Shown here piece by piece: positions 55,901 through 64,000 of a stretch of 64,000 bases of DNA; position 1 is the first letter of the stretch; each line of letters starts with the position of its first letter. The notes beneath the pieces are model-generated. The model saw only the letters and a list, made by a program, of their open reading frames with translations, searched no databases and had not been told where the DNA came from. Origin of the DNA: a phage; the sequence record PZ452584.1; one strand, given 5' to 3'. The translations under genes and the position numbers were made by a program.

Positions 55901-56815
55901 GTATTTGAAGTTGGCGATGATACATCTTATCACTTTTATTCTCAACGTAATAAAGATGGTAATATAGCGTTTAGCATTAATGGTACTGTAATGCCAATAA
56001 ATGTTAATGCTTCAGGAACATTGAATGCAAATGGTGTAGCAACATTTGGTAATTCAGTCACTGCAACTGGTGAAATTATTTCTCGAAGCGCAAATGCTTT
56101 CCGTGCTATTAACGGAAATTATGGTTTCATTGTTCGCAATGATGGATCAGTAACGAATTTTATGCTTACTGCATCGGGTGATCAGACTGGCGGATTTAAT
56201 GGATTGCGTCCTTTAGCTATCAATAATGCATCTGGTCAAGTAACGATTGGTGAAAGCTTAATTATTGCCAAAGGTGCTACTATAAATTCAGGCGGTTTGA
56301 CTGTTAACTCGAGAATTCGTTCTCAGGGTACTAAAACATCTGATTTATACACCCGCGCTCCAACATCTGATACAGTAGGATTCTGGTCAATTGATATTAA
56401 CGATTCAGCCACTTATAATCAATTCCCTGGTTATTTTAAAATGGTTGAAAAAACTAATGAAGTGACTGGACTTCCATACTTAGAACGTGGTGAAGAGGTT
56501 AAATCTCCTGGTACACTGACTCAGTTTGGTAACACACTTGATTCGCTTTACCAAGATTGGATTACTTATCCAACAACACCAGAAGCGCGCACCACTCGCT
56601 GGACACGTACATGGCAGAAAACCAAAAACTCTTGGTCAAGTTTTGTTCAGGTATTTGACGGAGGTAACCCTCCTCAGCCATCTGATATCGGTGCTTTACC
56701 ATCTGATAATGCTATAATGGGTAATCTTACTATTCGTGATTTCTTACGAATTGGTAATGTTCGCATTATTCCTGACCCAGTGAATAAAACTGTTAAATTT
56801 GAATGGGTTGAATAA
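52946..56815 (+). CDS. 34: Long tail fiber proximal subunit
   Basis: 1289 aa; late promoter at 52904; internal ~38-aa repeats. Confidence 0.96.
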   Translation: MAEIKRKFRAEDGLDAGGDKIINVALADRAVGTDGVNVDYLIQENTVQQYDPTRGYLKDFVIIYDNRFWAAINDIPKPAGAFNSVRWRALRTDANWTTVSSGPYQLKSGESISVDTAAGNDITFTLPSTPIDGDTIVLQDIGGKPGVNQVLITAPVQSIVNFRGQQVRSVLMTHPKSQIVLIFSNRLWQMYVADYSREAVVVTPASLYQAQSNDFIVRRFTSAAPINVKLPRFANHGDIINFVDLDKLNPLYHTIVTTYDETTSVQEVGTHSIEGRTSIDGFLMFDDNEKLWRLFDGDSKARLRIITTNSNIRPNEEVMVFGANNGTAQTIELQLPTDISVGDTVKISMNYMRKGQTVKIKAAGEDKIASSVQLLQFPKRSEYPPEAEWVTVQELVFNGETNYVPVLELAYIEDSDGKYWVVQQNVPTVERVDSLNDSTRARLGVIALATQAQANADLENSPQKELAITPETLANRTATETRRGIARIATTAQVNQDTTFSFADDLIITPKKLNERTATETRRGIAEIATQQETNTGTDDTTIITPKKLQARQGSESLSGIVTFVSTAGATPASSRELNGTNVYNKNTNNLVVSPKALDQYKATPTQQGAVILAVESEVIAGQSQEGWANAVVTPETLHKKTSTDARIGLIEIATQSEVNTGTDYTRAVTPKTLNDRRATESLSGIAEIATQVEFDAGVDDTRISTPLKIKTRFNSTDRTSVVALSGLVESGTLWDHYTLNILEANETQRGTLRVATQVEAAAGTLDNVLITPKKLLGTKSTESQEGVIKVATQSEAVAGTSANTAISPKNLKWIVQSEPTWAATTAIRGFVKTSSGSITFVGNDTVGSTQDLELYEKNSYAVSPYELNRVLANYLPLKAKAVDSNLLDGLDSSQFIRRDIAQTVNGSLTLTQQTNLSAPLVSSSTGEFGGSLAANRTFTIRNTGAPTSIVFEKGPASGANPAQSMSIRVWGNQFGDGSDTTRSTVFEVGDDTSYHFYSQRNKDGNIAFSINGTVMPINVNASGTLNANGVATFGNSVTATGEIISRSANAFRAINGNYGFIVRNDGSVTNFMLTASGDQTGGFNGLRPLAINNASGQVTIGESLIIAKGATINSGGLTVNSRIRSQGTKTSDLYTRAPTSDTVGFWSIDINDSATYNQFPGYFKMVEKTNEVTGLPYLERGEEVKSPGTLTQFGNTLDSLYQDWITYPTTPEARTTRWTRTWQKTKNSWSSFVQVFDGGNPPQPSDIGALPSDNAIMGNLTIRDFLRIGNVRIIPDPVNKTVKFEWVE

Positions 56816-56823
56816 GAGGTATT

Positions 56824-57942
56824 ATGGAAAAATTTATGGCAGAGTTTGGACAAGGATATGTCCAAACGCCATTTTTATCGGAAAGCAATTCAGTAAGATA
56901 CAAAATAAGTATAGCGGGTTCTTGCCCGCTTTCTACTGCAGGACCACCATATGTTAAATTTCAGGATAATCCTGTAGGAAGTCAAACATTTAGCGCAGGC
57001 CTTCATTTAAGAGTTTTTGACCCTTCCACCGGAGCATTAGTTGATAGTAAGTCATATGCTTTTTCGACTTCAAATGATACTACATCTGCTGCCTTTGTTA
57101 GTTTCATGAATTCTATTTCAAGCAATAGACTTGTTGCTATATTAACTAACGGAAAGGTTAATTTTCCTCCTGAAGTACTATCTTGGTTAAGAACAGCAGG
57201 AACGTCTGCTTTTCCATCTGACTCTGTATTGTTAAGATTTGATGTATCATATGCTGCTTTTTACACTTCTTCTAAAAGAGCTATTGCATTAGAGCATGTT
57301 AAATTAAGTAATAGAAAAAGCACAGATGATTATCAAACTATTTTAGATGTTGTATTTGACAGTTTAGAAGACGTTGGAGCTACCGGGTTTCCAAGAAGAA
57401 CATATGAAAGCGTTGAGCAATTCATGTCAGCAGTTGGTGGAACTAATAACGAAATTGCGCGTCTACCAACTTCATCCGCGATAAGTAAACTTTCTGACTA
57501 CAATTTAATTCCTGGTGATGTGCTTTATCTTAAAGCACAACTATATGCTGATGCAGATTTACTCGCTCTTGGAACTACGAATATATCTATTAGATTTTAT
57601 AATGAATCGGATGGATATATTTCTTCAACACACGCTGAGTTTACTGGTCAAGCTGGGTCATGGGAATTAAAGGAAGACTATGTAGTTGTTCCTGAAAATG
57701 CAGTAGGATTTACGATATATGCACAAAGAACTGCACAAGCAGGTCAAGGTGGCATGAGGAATTTAAGTTTTTCTGAAGTATCAAGAAATGGCGGAATTTC
57801 AAAACCTGCAGAATTTGGCGTCAATGGTATTCGAGTTAATTATGTCTGTGAATCTGCTTCACCTCCAGATATAATGGTACTTCCTACACAAGCATCGTCT
57901 AAAACTGGTAAAGTGTTTGGACAAGAATTTAGAGAAGTATAA
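56824..57942 (+). CDS. 35: Long tail fiber hinge connector
   Basis: 372 aa. Confidence 0.92.
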   Translation: MEKFMAEFGQGYVQTPFLSESNSVRYKISIAGSCPLSTAGPPYVKFQDNPVGSQTFSAGLHLRVFDPSTGALVDSKSYAFSTSNDTTSAAFVSFMNSISSNRLVAILTNGKVNFPPEVLSWLRTAGTSAFPSDSVLLRFDVSYAAFYTSSKRAIALEHVKLSNRKSTDDYQTILDVVFDSLEDVGATGFPRRTYESVEQFMSAVGGTNNEIARLPTSSAISKLSDYNLIPGDVLYLKAQLYADADLLALGTTNISIRFYNESDGYISSTHAEFTGQAGSWELKEDYVVVPENAVGFTIYAQRTAQAGQGGMRNLSFSEVSRNGGISKPAEFGVNGIRVNYVCESASPPDIMVLPTQASSKTGKVFGQEFREV

Positions 57943-57947
57943 ATTGA

Positions 57948-57965
57948 GGGAGCCTTCGGGTTCCC
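57948..57965 (+). terminator. Hairpin after gene 35
   Basis: GGGAGCC-TTCG-GGTTCCC then T-run. Confidence 0.7.
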
Positions 57966-57974
57966 TTTTTTCTT

Positions 57975-57982
57975 TATAAATA
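57975..57982 (+). promoter_or_regulatory. Late promoter TATAAATA for gene 36
   Basis: Exact motif. Confidence 0.7.
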
Positions 57983-58005
57983 CTATTAAAATAAAGGGGC
58001 ATACA

Positions 58006-58671
58006 ATGGCTGATTTAAAAGTAGGTTCAACAACTGGAGGCTCTGTCATTTGGCATCAAGGAAATTTTCCATTGAATCCAGCCGGTGACGATGTACTCTA
58101 TAAATCATTTAAAATATATTCAGAATATAATAAACCACAAGCTGATGATAACGATTTCGTTTCTAAAGCTAATGGTGGTACTTATGCATCAAAGGTAACA
58201 TTTAACGGCGGTGTCCAAGTCCCGTATGCTCCAAACATCATGAACCCATGCGGTATTTATGGGGGTAACGGTGATGGTGCTACTTTTGATAAAGCAAATA
58301 TCGATATTGTTTCGTGGTATGGCGTAGGATTTAAATCGTCATTTGGTTCAACAGACCGAACTGTTGTAATTAATACACGCAATGGTGATATTAGTACAAA
58401 AGGTACAGTGGCTGCATCAAAACAAGTAAAAAGTGATGCGGCTGCTCCTATAGCAGCGAATGATCTTACTAGAAAGGACTATGTTGATGGAGCAATAAAT
58501 ATTGTTACAGCAAACGCAAACTCTAGGGTATTACGCTCTGGAGACACTATGACAGGAAATTTAACTGCGCCAAACCTTTTTTCACAGAATCCTGCATCTC
58601 AACCCTCACATGTTCCACGATTTGATCAAATTGTTATTAAGGATTCTGTTCAAGATTTCGGCTATTATTAA
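58006..58671 (+). CDS. 36: Long tail fiber distal connector
   Basis: 221 aa; late promoter at 57975. Confidence 0.92.
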   Translation: MADLKVGSTTGGSVIWHQGNFPLNPAGDDVLYKSFKIYSEYNKPQADDNDFVSKANGGTYASKVTFNGGVQVPYAPNIMNPCGIYGGNGDGATFDKANIDIVSWYGVGFKSSFGSTDRTVVINTRNGDISTKGTVAASKQVKSDAAAPIAANDLTRKDYVDGAINIVTANANSRVLRSGDTMTGNLTAPNLFSQNPASQPSHVPRFDQIVIKDSVQDFGYY

Positions 58672-58679
58672 GAGGACTT

Positions 58680-61600
58680 ATGGCTACTTTAAAACAAATA
58701 CAATTTAAAAGAAGCAAAACCGCAGGAGCACGTCCTGCCGCTTCAGTATTAGCCGAAGGTGAATTGGCTATAAACTTAAAAGACCGTGTACTTTTTACTA
58801 AAGATGACCAAGGAAATATTATTGATCTTGGTTTTGCTAAGGGCGGTAGTATTGACGGGAATGTTATTCATATAGGAAACTATAACCAAACTGGTGATTA
58901 TACTTTAAATGGCGCATTAACTCAGACAGGTAATTTTAATTTAACTGGTATTGCTCGAGTAACTCGCGATATTATTGCCGCTGGGCAGATTATGACTGAA
59001 GGCGGAGAACTTATTACAAAAAGTTCAGGTACAGCACATGTTCGTTTTTTCGATGGCAATAGCCGCGAACGTGGAATCATTTATGCCCCGGCTAATGATG
59101 GTTTAACTACACAAGTACTTAATATCAGGGTTCAAGACTATGCCGCTGGTAGCGAAAGCACTTATGCATTTTCAGGCAGTGGCCTATTTACTTCACCTGA
59201 AGTATCAGCATGGAAATCTATTTCGTCTCCACAAATTCTGACCGACAAAGTTATTACAAACGGGAAGAAGACAGGCGATTATGATATCTATTCATTATCA
59301 AATAACACTCCATTGGCAGAAAGCGAAACGGCTATTAACCACCTCCGTGTTATGCGAAATGCTGTAGGAGCAGGTATTTTCCACGAAGTTAATGTTAATG
59401 ACGGAATAACCTGGTATTCCGGAGATGGCTTAAACACTTATCTTTGGTCGTTTAACTGGTCCGGTGGATTGAAAGCGGGTCATTCTATTTCTGTAGGTCT
59501 TCCTCACGGTTCTAAAAATTATTCAGAAATGGGCACGGCTTCTATTGCTTTAGGAGATAATGATACTGGGTTTCAATGGCATCAGGACGGATATTATTTT
59601 AGCGTTAATAATGGAATAAAAACGTTTTTATTTAGTCCCAGCGAAACAACTAGCCTAAGAAAATTTGTAGCTGGATATTCTACTAACGGAACCGATTTAA
59701 CTACTCCTCCGACTGAAAACTATGCTCTTGCTACTGTCGTGACATATCACGATAATAACGCGTTTGGAGATGGCCAGACTCTTTTAGGATATTATCAAGG
59801 CGGTAATTATCATCACTATTTCCGTGGTAAAGGTACTACAAACATTAATACTCACGGCGGTTTGTTAGTTACTCCCGGTAATGTAGATGTGGTCGGCGGC
59901 ATGGTTACCATTGATGGTAAAAATTATGCTTCTAGTGTGCTTTTTAAAGGAAATACTACAGGATATAGTTCAGTTGATAATATAGAGCTCAAAGTTTGGG
60001 GTGACACTTTTAATACGGTAGGTGGTACTCGTAAAAACGTAATGGAAACATCTGATGCTACTGGCTGGATGCATTATATTCAACGAACTACAGCAGGTAA
60101 AGTTGAGTCCTATTTAAATGGTACCATGAATGTAAATGAAAGCATCAACGTCAGTAAAGAAGTTAACGCCTCTGGCACTATTGCTAGTAATGCTGTCAAT
60201 GCGCTTCGCATTTGGAATGCAGATTATGGAGCCATTTTTAGACGTTCAGAAGGCAGTCTTCATATTATTCCAACTGCTTATGGTGAAGGCAAAAATGGTG
60301 ATATCGGTCCACTTCGCCCGTTTAGTATGGCTTTAGATACCGGTAAAGTTACTATTCCAGATTTACAATCAAGTTACAATACGTTCGCTGCGAACGGCTA
60401 TATTAAATTTGTTGGTCATGGAGCGGGTGCTGGCGAATATGATATTCAATACGACCAAGCAGCTCCCATTTTCCAGGAAATCGATGATGATGCCGTAAGT
60501 AAATATTACCCAATTGTTAAGCAAAAATACCTTCAAGGTAAAGCTGTGTGGTCTTTAGGTACTGAAATAGAATCTGGTACTTTTATTTTACATCATTTAA
60601 AAGAAGATGGAACACAAGCCCATACCTCAAGATTTAATGCTGATGGTACAGTTAACTTCCCTGATAACGTGCAGGTTGGTGGGGGTGAAGCTACTATTGG
60701 CAAAAATGGTAACATCTGGTCTGATATCTGGAAAACGTTTACTTCTGCCGGTGATGTAACCAATCTTCTTGGTGCTGTCTATAGCCGTGTTTCAAAAGAA
60801 GGCGATACGCTGACAGGCCGCTTAACTATTAATGCCAACTCGGATGCTATTGTTATTAACAGTGCTGCAACCGAATCTGGTTATGTGAAAGGACAAAAAG
60901 CAGGCGTTGATAACTGGTATGTAGGTAATGGCGGCGCCGATAATGCTCTATCGTTTTATAGTTTCAGAACCAATTCAGGCGTTAATATTCATAATAGTGG
61001 AGAAATTGCTTTAGCTCCTCAAGGGTCGGATACTTTTTATTTTAATAGGGACCGTCTTTATATAAAGGGTTCGCACTGGGTTGCACATAAATCTGGCGCT
61101 TGGGCCGACCAATGGGGCTTAGAAGCTCCTGTGTTTGTGGATTTTGGTAATGTTGGTAATGATAGTTATTATCCTATTATTAAAGGAAGATCTGGTATTA
61201 CGAATGAAGGATACATATCTGGTGTTGATTTTGGTATGCGACGCATTACTAATAACTGGGCACAAGGTATTATCCGTGTAGGTAATCAGGAAAACGGTTC
61301 CGACCCACAAGCTATCTATGAATTTCACCACAATGGAGTTATGTATGTTCCTAACATGGTTAAAACCGGAGCAAGATTATCAGCTGGCGCTGGTGACCCG
61401 GTGTGGCAAGGCGCATGCGTTGCTATTGGTGATAATGATACCGGATTAGTTCATGGTGGTGATGGGCGAATTAATATGGTTGCAAATGGAGTGCATATTG
61501 CTTCATGGTCTTCATCCCATCATGAACACACTGGGCTTTGGGGCACCGACGGCGCGTTTTGGACTGAAACCGGAAGAGCTATTATTTCATTTGGACATTT

Positions 61601-61988
61601 AATTCAACAGAATGACAGCTATTCAACATATGTCCGCGATGTTTATGTCCGCTCTGATATTCGTGTTAAAAAGAACCTCGTTAAATTTGAAAATGCTTCT
61701 GAGAAGCTTTCTAAAATTAACGGTTACACTTATATGCAGAAGCGAGGCCTAGATGAAGAAGGTAATCAGAAATGGGAACCTAACGCCGGTTTGATAGCTC
61801 AAGAAGTTCAAGCTATTTTACCAGAATTAGTTGAAGGTGACCCGGATGGTGAAGCTTTACTTCGTTTGAACTATAATGGTATAATTGGTTTAAATACAGC
61901 TGCAATCAATGAGCATACTGCAGAAATTGCAGAACTTAAGTCAGAGATTGAAGAGCTTAAAAAATTAGTTAAATCATTGTTAAAATAA
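58680..61988 (+). CDS. 37: Long tail fiber distal subunit with C-terminal intramolecular chaperone domain
   Basis: 1102 aa; C-terminal SDIRVKKN motif followed by coiled coil, typical of auto-cleaving chaperone domains. Confidence 0.92.
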   Translation: MATLKQIQFKRSKTAGARPAASVLAEGELAINLKDRVLFTKDDQGNIIDLGFAKGGSIDGNVIHIGNYNQTGDYTLNGALTQTGNFNLTGIARVTRDIIAAGQIMTEGGELITKSSGTAHVRFFDGNSRERGIIYAPANDGLTTQVLNIRVQDYAAGSESTYAFSGSGLFTSPEVSAWKSISSPQILTDKVITNGKKTGDYDIYSLSNNTPLAESETAINHLRVMRNAVGAGIFHEVNVNDGITWYSGDGLNTYLWSFNWSGGLKAGHSISVGLPHGSKNYSEMGTASIALGDNDTGFQWHQDGYYFSVNNGIKTFLFSPSETTSLRKFVAGYSTNGTDLTTPPTENYALATVVTYHDNNAFGDGQTLLGYYQGGNYHHYFRGKGTTNINTHGGLLVTPGNVDVVGGMVTIDGKNYASSVLFKGNTTGYSSVDNIELKVWGDTFNTVGGTRKNVMETSDATGWMHYIQRTTAGKVESYLNGTMNVNESINVSKEVNASGTIASNAVNALRIWNADYGAIFRRSEGSLHIIPTAYGEGKNGDIGPLRPFSMALDTGKVTIPDLQSSYNTFAANGYIKFVGHGAGAGEYDIQYDQAAPIFQEIDDDAVSKYYPIVKQKYLQGKAVWSLGTEIESGTFILHHLKEDGTQAHTSRFNADGTVNFPDNVQVGGGEATIGKNGNIWSDIWKTFTSAGDVTNLLGAVYSRVSKEGDTLTGRLTINANSDAIVINSAATESGYVKGQKAGVDNWYVGNGGADNALSFYSFRTNSGVNIHNSGEIALAPQGSDTFYFNRDRLYIKGSHWVAHKSGAWADQWGLEAPVFVDFGNVGNDSYYPIIKGRSGITNEGYISGVDFGMRRITNNWAQGIIRVGNQENGSDPQAIYEFHHNGVMYVPNMVKTGARLSAGAGDPVWQGACVAIGDNDTGLVHGGDGRINMVANGVHIASWSSSHHEHTGLWGTDGAFWTETGRAIISFGHLIQQNDSYSTYVRDVYVRSDIRVKKNLVKFENASEKLSKINGYTYMQKRGLDEEGNQKWEPNAGLIAQEVQAILPELVEGDPDGEALLRLNYNGIIGLNTAAINEHTAEIAELKSEIEELKKLVKSLLK

Positions 61989-61993
61989 TAAGA

Positions 61994-62007
61994 GGGGCTT
62001 CGGCCCC
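61994..62007 (+). terminator. Hairpin between 37 and 38 (possible attenuator)
   Basis: GGGGC-TTCG-GCCCC. Confidence 0.55.
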
Positions 62008-62019
62008 TTGGAGGTTTAT

Positions 62020-62793
62020 ATGGCAGTTGAAGGACCGTGGGTAGGATGGTCTGCGAGGGTACAAACTGGAGACCCTTGGATGGGTGGTGCCGCGCAGAGA
62101 TTGAGAATGGGAATTCCGTTTTGGATGAGTAATATGATAGGTCGATCTGTTGAAGTAATTCACACCCTTGGAGCAGACCATAACTTCAATGGTCAATGGT
62201 TCCGAGACAGATGTTTTGAGGCAGGTAGTACACCTATAGTGTTTAATATCACTGGAGATTTAGTATCATATTCTAAAGATGTTCCTTTATTCTTCATGTA
62301 TGGAGATACACCGAATGAATATGTTCAGTTGAATATACACGGCGTAACGATGTATGGACGTGGCGGTAATGGCGGTAGCAATAGTCCTGGCTCAGCTGGA
62401 GGTCATTGTATTCAAAACGATATTGGTGGGAGACTAAGAATTAATAATGGTGGAGCTATTGCAGGCGGCGGTGGCGGCGGTGGCGGTGGTAACAGGGGTA
62501 GACTAGTATTTGGTGGTGGCGGTGGTCGCCCATTCGGCGGTGGCGGGTCTTCCTCTCATATGAGTTCTGCTGCAACCGCTGGCACCATTTACGCTCCGGG
62601 TGCAGGATCTGTCGGTGAGGGGTCTCTTAGTGCATATACAGGCGGGTCTGGTGGTGAAGTTGGCTCCGCAGGAGGTAGATGTAATACTCACGGTACCGGT
62701 ACAGAATATGACGGCGGTGCTGCTGGTTATGCCGTCATAGGGTCTGCTCCAACGTGGATAAATGTTGGAGCAATATATGGTCCAAGAGTATAA
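62020..62793 (+). CDS. 38: T2-type receptor-recognising adhesin with glycine-rich motifs
   Basis: 257 aa from ATG 62020 (GGAGG SD); poly-Gly blocks [22 protein letters not shown]. Confidence 0.9.
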   Translation: MAVEGPWVGWSARVQTGDPWMGGAAQRLRMGIPFWMSNMIGRSVEVIHTLGADHNFNGQWFRDRCFEAGSTPIVFNITGDLVSYSKDVPLFFMYGDTPNEYVQLNIHGVTMYGRGGNGGSNSPGSAGGHCIQNDIGGRLRINNGGAIAGGGGGGGGGNRGRLVFGGGGGRPFGGGGSSSHMSSAATAGTIYAPGAGSVGEGSLSAYTGGSGGEVGSAGGRCNTHGTGTEYDGGAAGYAVIGSAPTWINVGAIYGPRV

Positions 62794-62823
62794 TTTGAAT
62801 AAATATCCTTAAAAGGAGGGTCT

Positions 62824-63480
62824 ATGGCAGCACCTAGAATATCATTTTCGCCCTCTGATATTCTATTTGGTGTTCTAGATCGCTTGTTCAAAGATAACGC
62901 TACCGGGAAAGTTCTTGCTTCCCGGGTAGCTGTCGTAATTCTTTTATTTATGATGGCGATTGTTTGGTATAGGGGAGATAGTTTCTTTGAGTACTATAAG
63001 CAATCAAAGTATGAAACATACAGTGAAATTATTGAAAAGGAAAGAACTGCACGCTTTGAATCTGTCGCCCTGGAACAACTCCAGATAGTTCATATATCAT
63101 CTGAGGCAGACTTTAGTGCGGTATATTCTTTCCGCCCTAAAAACTTAAACTATTTTGTTGATATTATAGCATACGAAGGAAAATTACCTTCAACAATAAG
63201 CGAAAAATCACTTGGAGGATATCCTGTTGATAAAACTATGGATGAATATACAGTTCATTTAAATGGACGTCATTATTATTCCAACTCAAAATTTGCTTTT
63301 TTACCAACTAAAAAGCCTACTCCCGAAATAAACTACATGTACAGTTGTCCATATTTTAATTTGGATAATATCTATGCTGGAACGATAACCATGTACTGGT
63401 ATAGAAATGATCATATAAGTAATGACCGCCTTGAATCAATATGTGCTCAGGCGGCCAGAATATTAGGAAGGGCTAAATAA
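62824..63480 (+). CDS. t: Holin
   Basis: 218 aa; single N-terminal TM and large periplasmic domain; matches T4 T. Confidence 0.95.
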   Translation: MAAPRISFSPSDILFGVLDRLFKDNATGKVLASRVAVVILLFMMAIVWYRGDSFFEYYKQSKYETYSEIIEKERTARFESVALEQLQIVHISSEADFSAVYSFRPKNLNYFVDIIAYEGKLPSTISEKSLGGYPVDKTMDEYTVHLNGRHYYSNSKFAFLPTKKPTPEINYMYSCPYFNLDNIYAGTITMYWYRNDHISNDRLESICAQAARILGRAK

Positions 63481-63753
63481 TTATTTGTTCGTATACATCT
63501 CTAGATATCGATATACACCCTCAAAACCCTCGTTGAATTCGTCGATGAGGGTTTTCTTATCTTCTTGGGTTAATTCAGAAACAATTTTACGGAATGAATT
63601 CTGATTTAACTTTCTACATTCATGCGTTACTCCAATCTCATTCAGAAATGCAATAAAATTAGCACGATTCTCAACAATATCTTCTCTGGAAAATTTAATC
63701 AAAATAGACGCAACAGTAATAATTTCACGAACTGTATCAATGTTTTTATTCAT
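63481..63753 (-). CDS. asiA: Anti-sigma70 factor AsiA
   Basis: 90 aa; matches T4 AsiA. Confidence 0.93.
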   Translation of the reverse strand: MNKNIDTVREIITVASILIKFSREDIVENRANFIAFLNEIGVTHECRKLNQNSFRKIVSELTQEDKKTLIDEFNEGFEGVYRYLEMYTNK

Positions 63754-63765
63754 TAACTATACCAC

Positions 63766-63918
63766 TCAATTAGTTGACTTTGTTATAATATCATCAGACG
63801 CTTGATTTGTAAACTGGTCTGTGTTATTTTCTTCAAAAATTTTTTCTACGAATTCCTTGAACGACTCACGTTCCTGAGCTACATTATGCTCGATTACCTT
63901 TTCAAGATTATGACTCAT
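63766..63918 (-). CDS. Small hypothetical protein (below ORF-track cutoff)
   Basis: 50-aa ORF read by hand; ATGA start/stop overlap with upstream gene. Confidence 0.45.
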   Translation of the reverse strand: MSHNLEKVIEHNVAQERESFKEFVEKIFEENNTDQFTNQASDDIITKSTN

Positions 63919-64000
63919 TCGAAATAATCTTCAATTTCGTAATCATGGACATAAAACATTATAGTTTTTAATATATCATCAATACTTTTTCCTGGAGCTG
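63915..64000 (-). CDS. 3' end of a minus-strand gene continuing past the window (arn region in T4)
   Basis: Open frame to window edge ending ...DYEIEDYFE. Confidence 0.5.
   Translation of the reverse strand, partial: APGKSIDDILKTIMFYVHDYEIEDYFE

Overview
This window is a contiguous segment of a T4-like (Tevenvirinae, T-even) coliphage genome, identified from the ORF translations and conserved motifs; no searches were run. It starts at the first codon of the large terminase gene 17. The plus strand then carries the late structural block: tail sheath 18, tail tube 19, portal 20, prohead core 67/68, protease 21, scaffold 22, major capsid 23 and vertex 24. A long minus-strand block follows: rnlB, hoc, inh, the alt genes, DNA ligase 30 and the 30.x genes, rIII, 31, cd and the cd.x genes, pseT, spanins, alc, rnlA, denA, nrdB, nrdA, td, frd, 32, 59, 33, dsbA and rnh. 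Plus-strand islands within it hold uvsW and the baseplate hub genes 51, 27, 28, 29, 48 and 54. The window ends with long tail fiber genes 34-37, adhesin 38, holin t, asiA and a partial minus-strand ORF. Regulatory signals are typical of T4: TATAAATA late promoters, GTTTAC-type early promoters, MotA-box middle promoters and short GC hairpins with UUCG/GAAA-type loops. The most notable departures from canonical T4 are two full-length Alt paralogues in tandem, a Hoc with five Ig-like repeats, intron-less td and nrdB, a T2-type gp37/gp38 receptor module, extra small ORFs around frd/td, and an identical 54-bp early-promoter cassette at two loci. I found no system I can defend as wholly undescribed; the best candidates for follow-up are the NADAR-like 30.3 protein, the Alt pair and the uncharacterised small-ORF islands.
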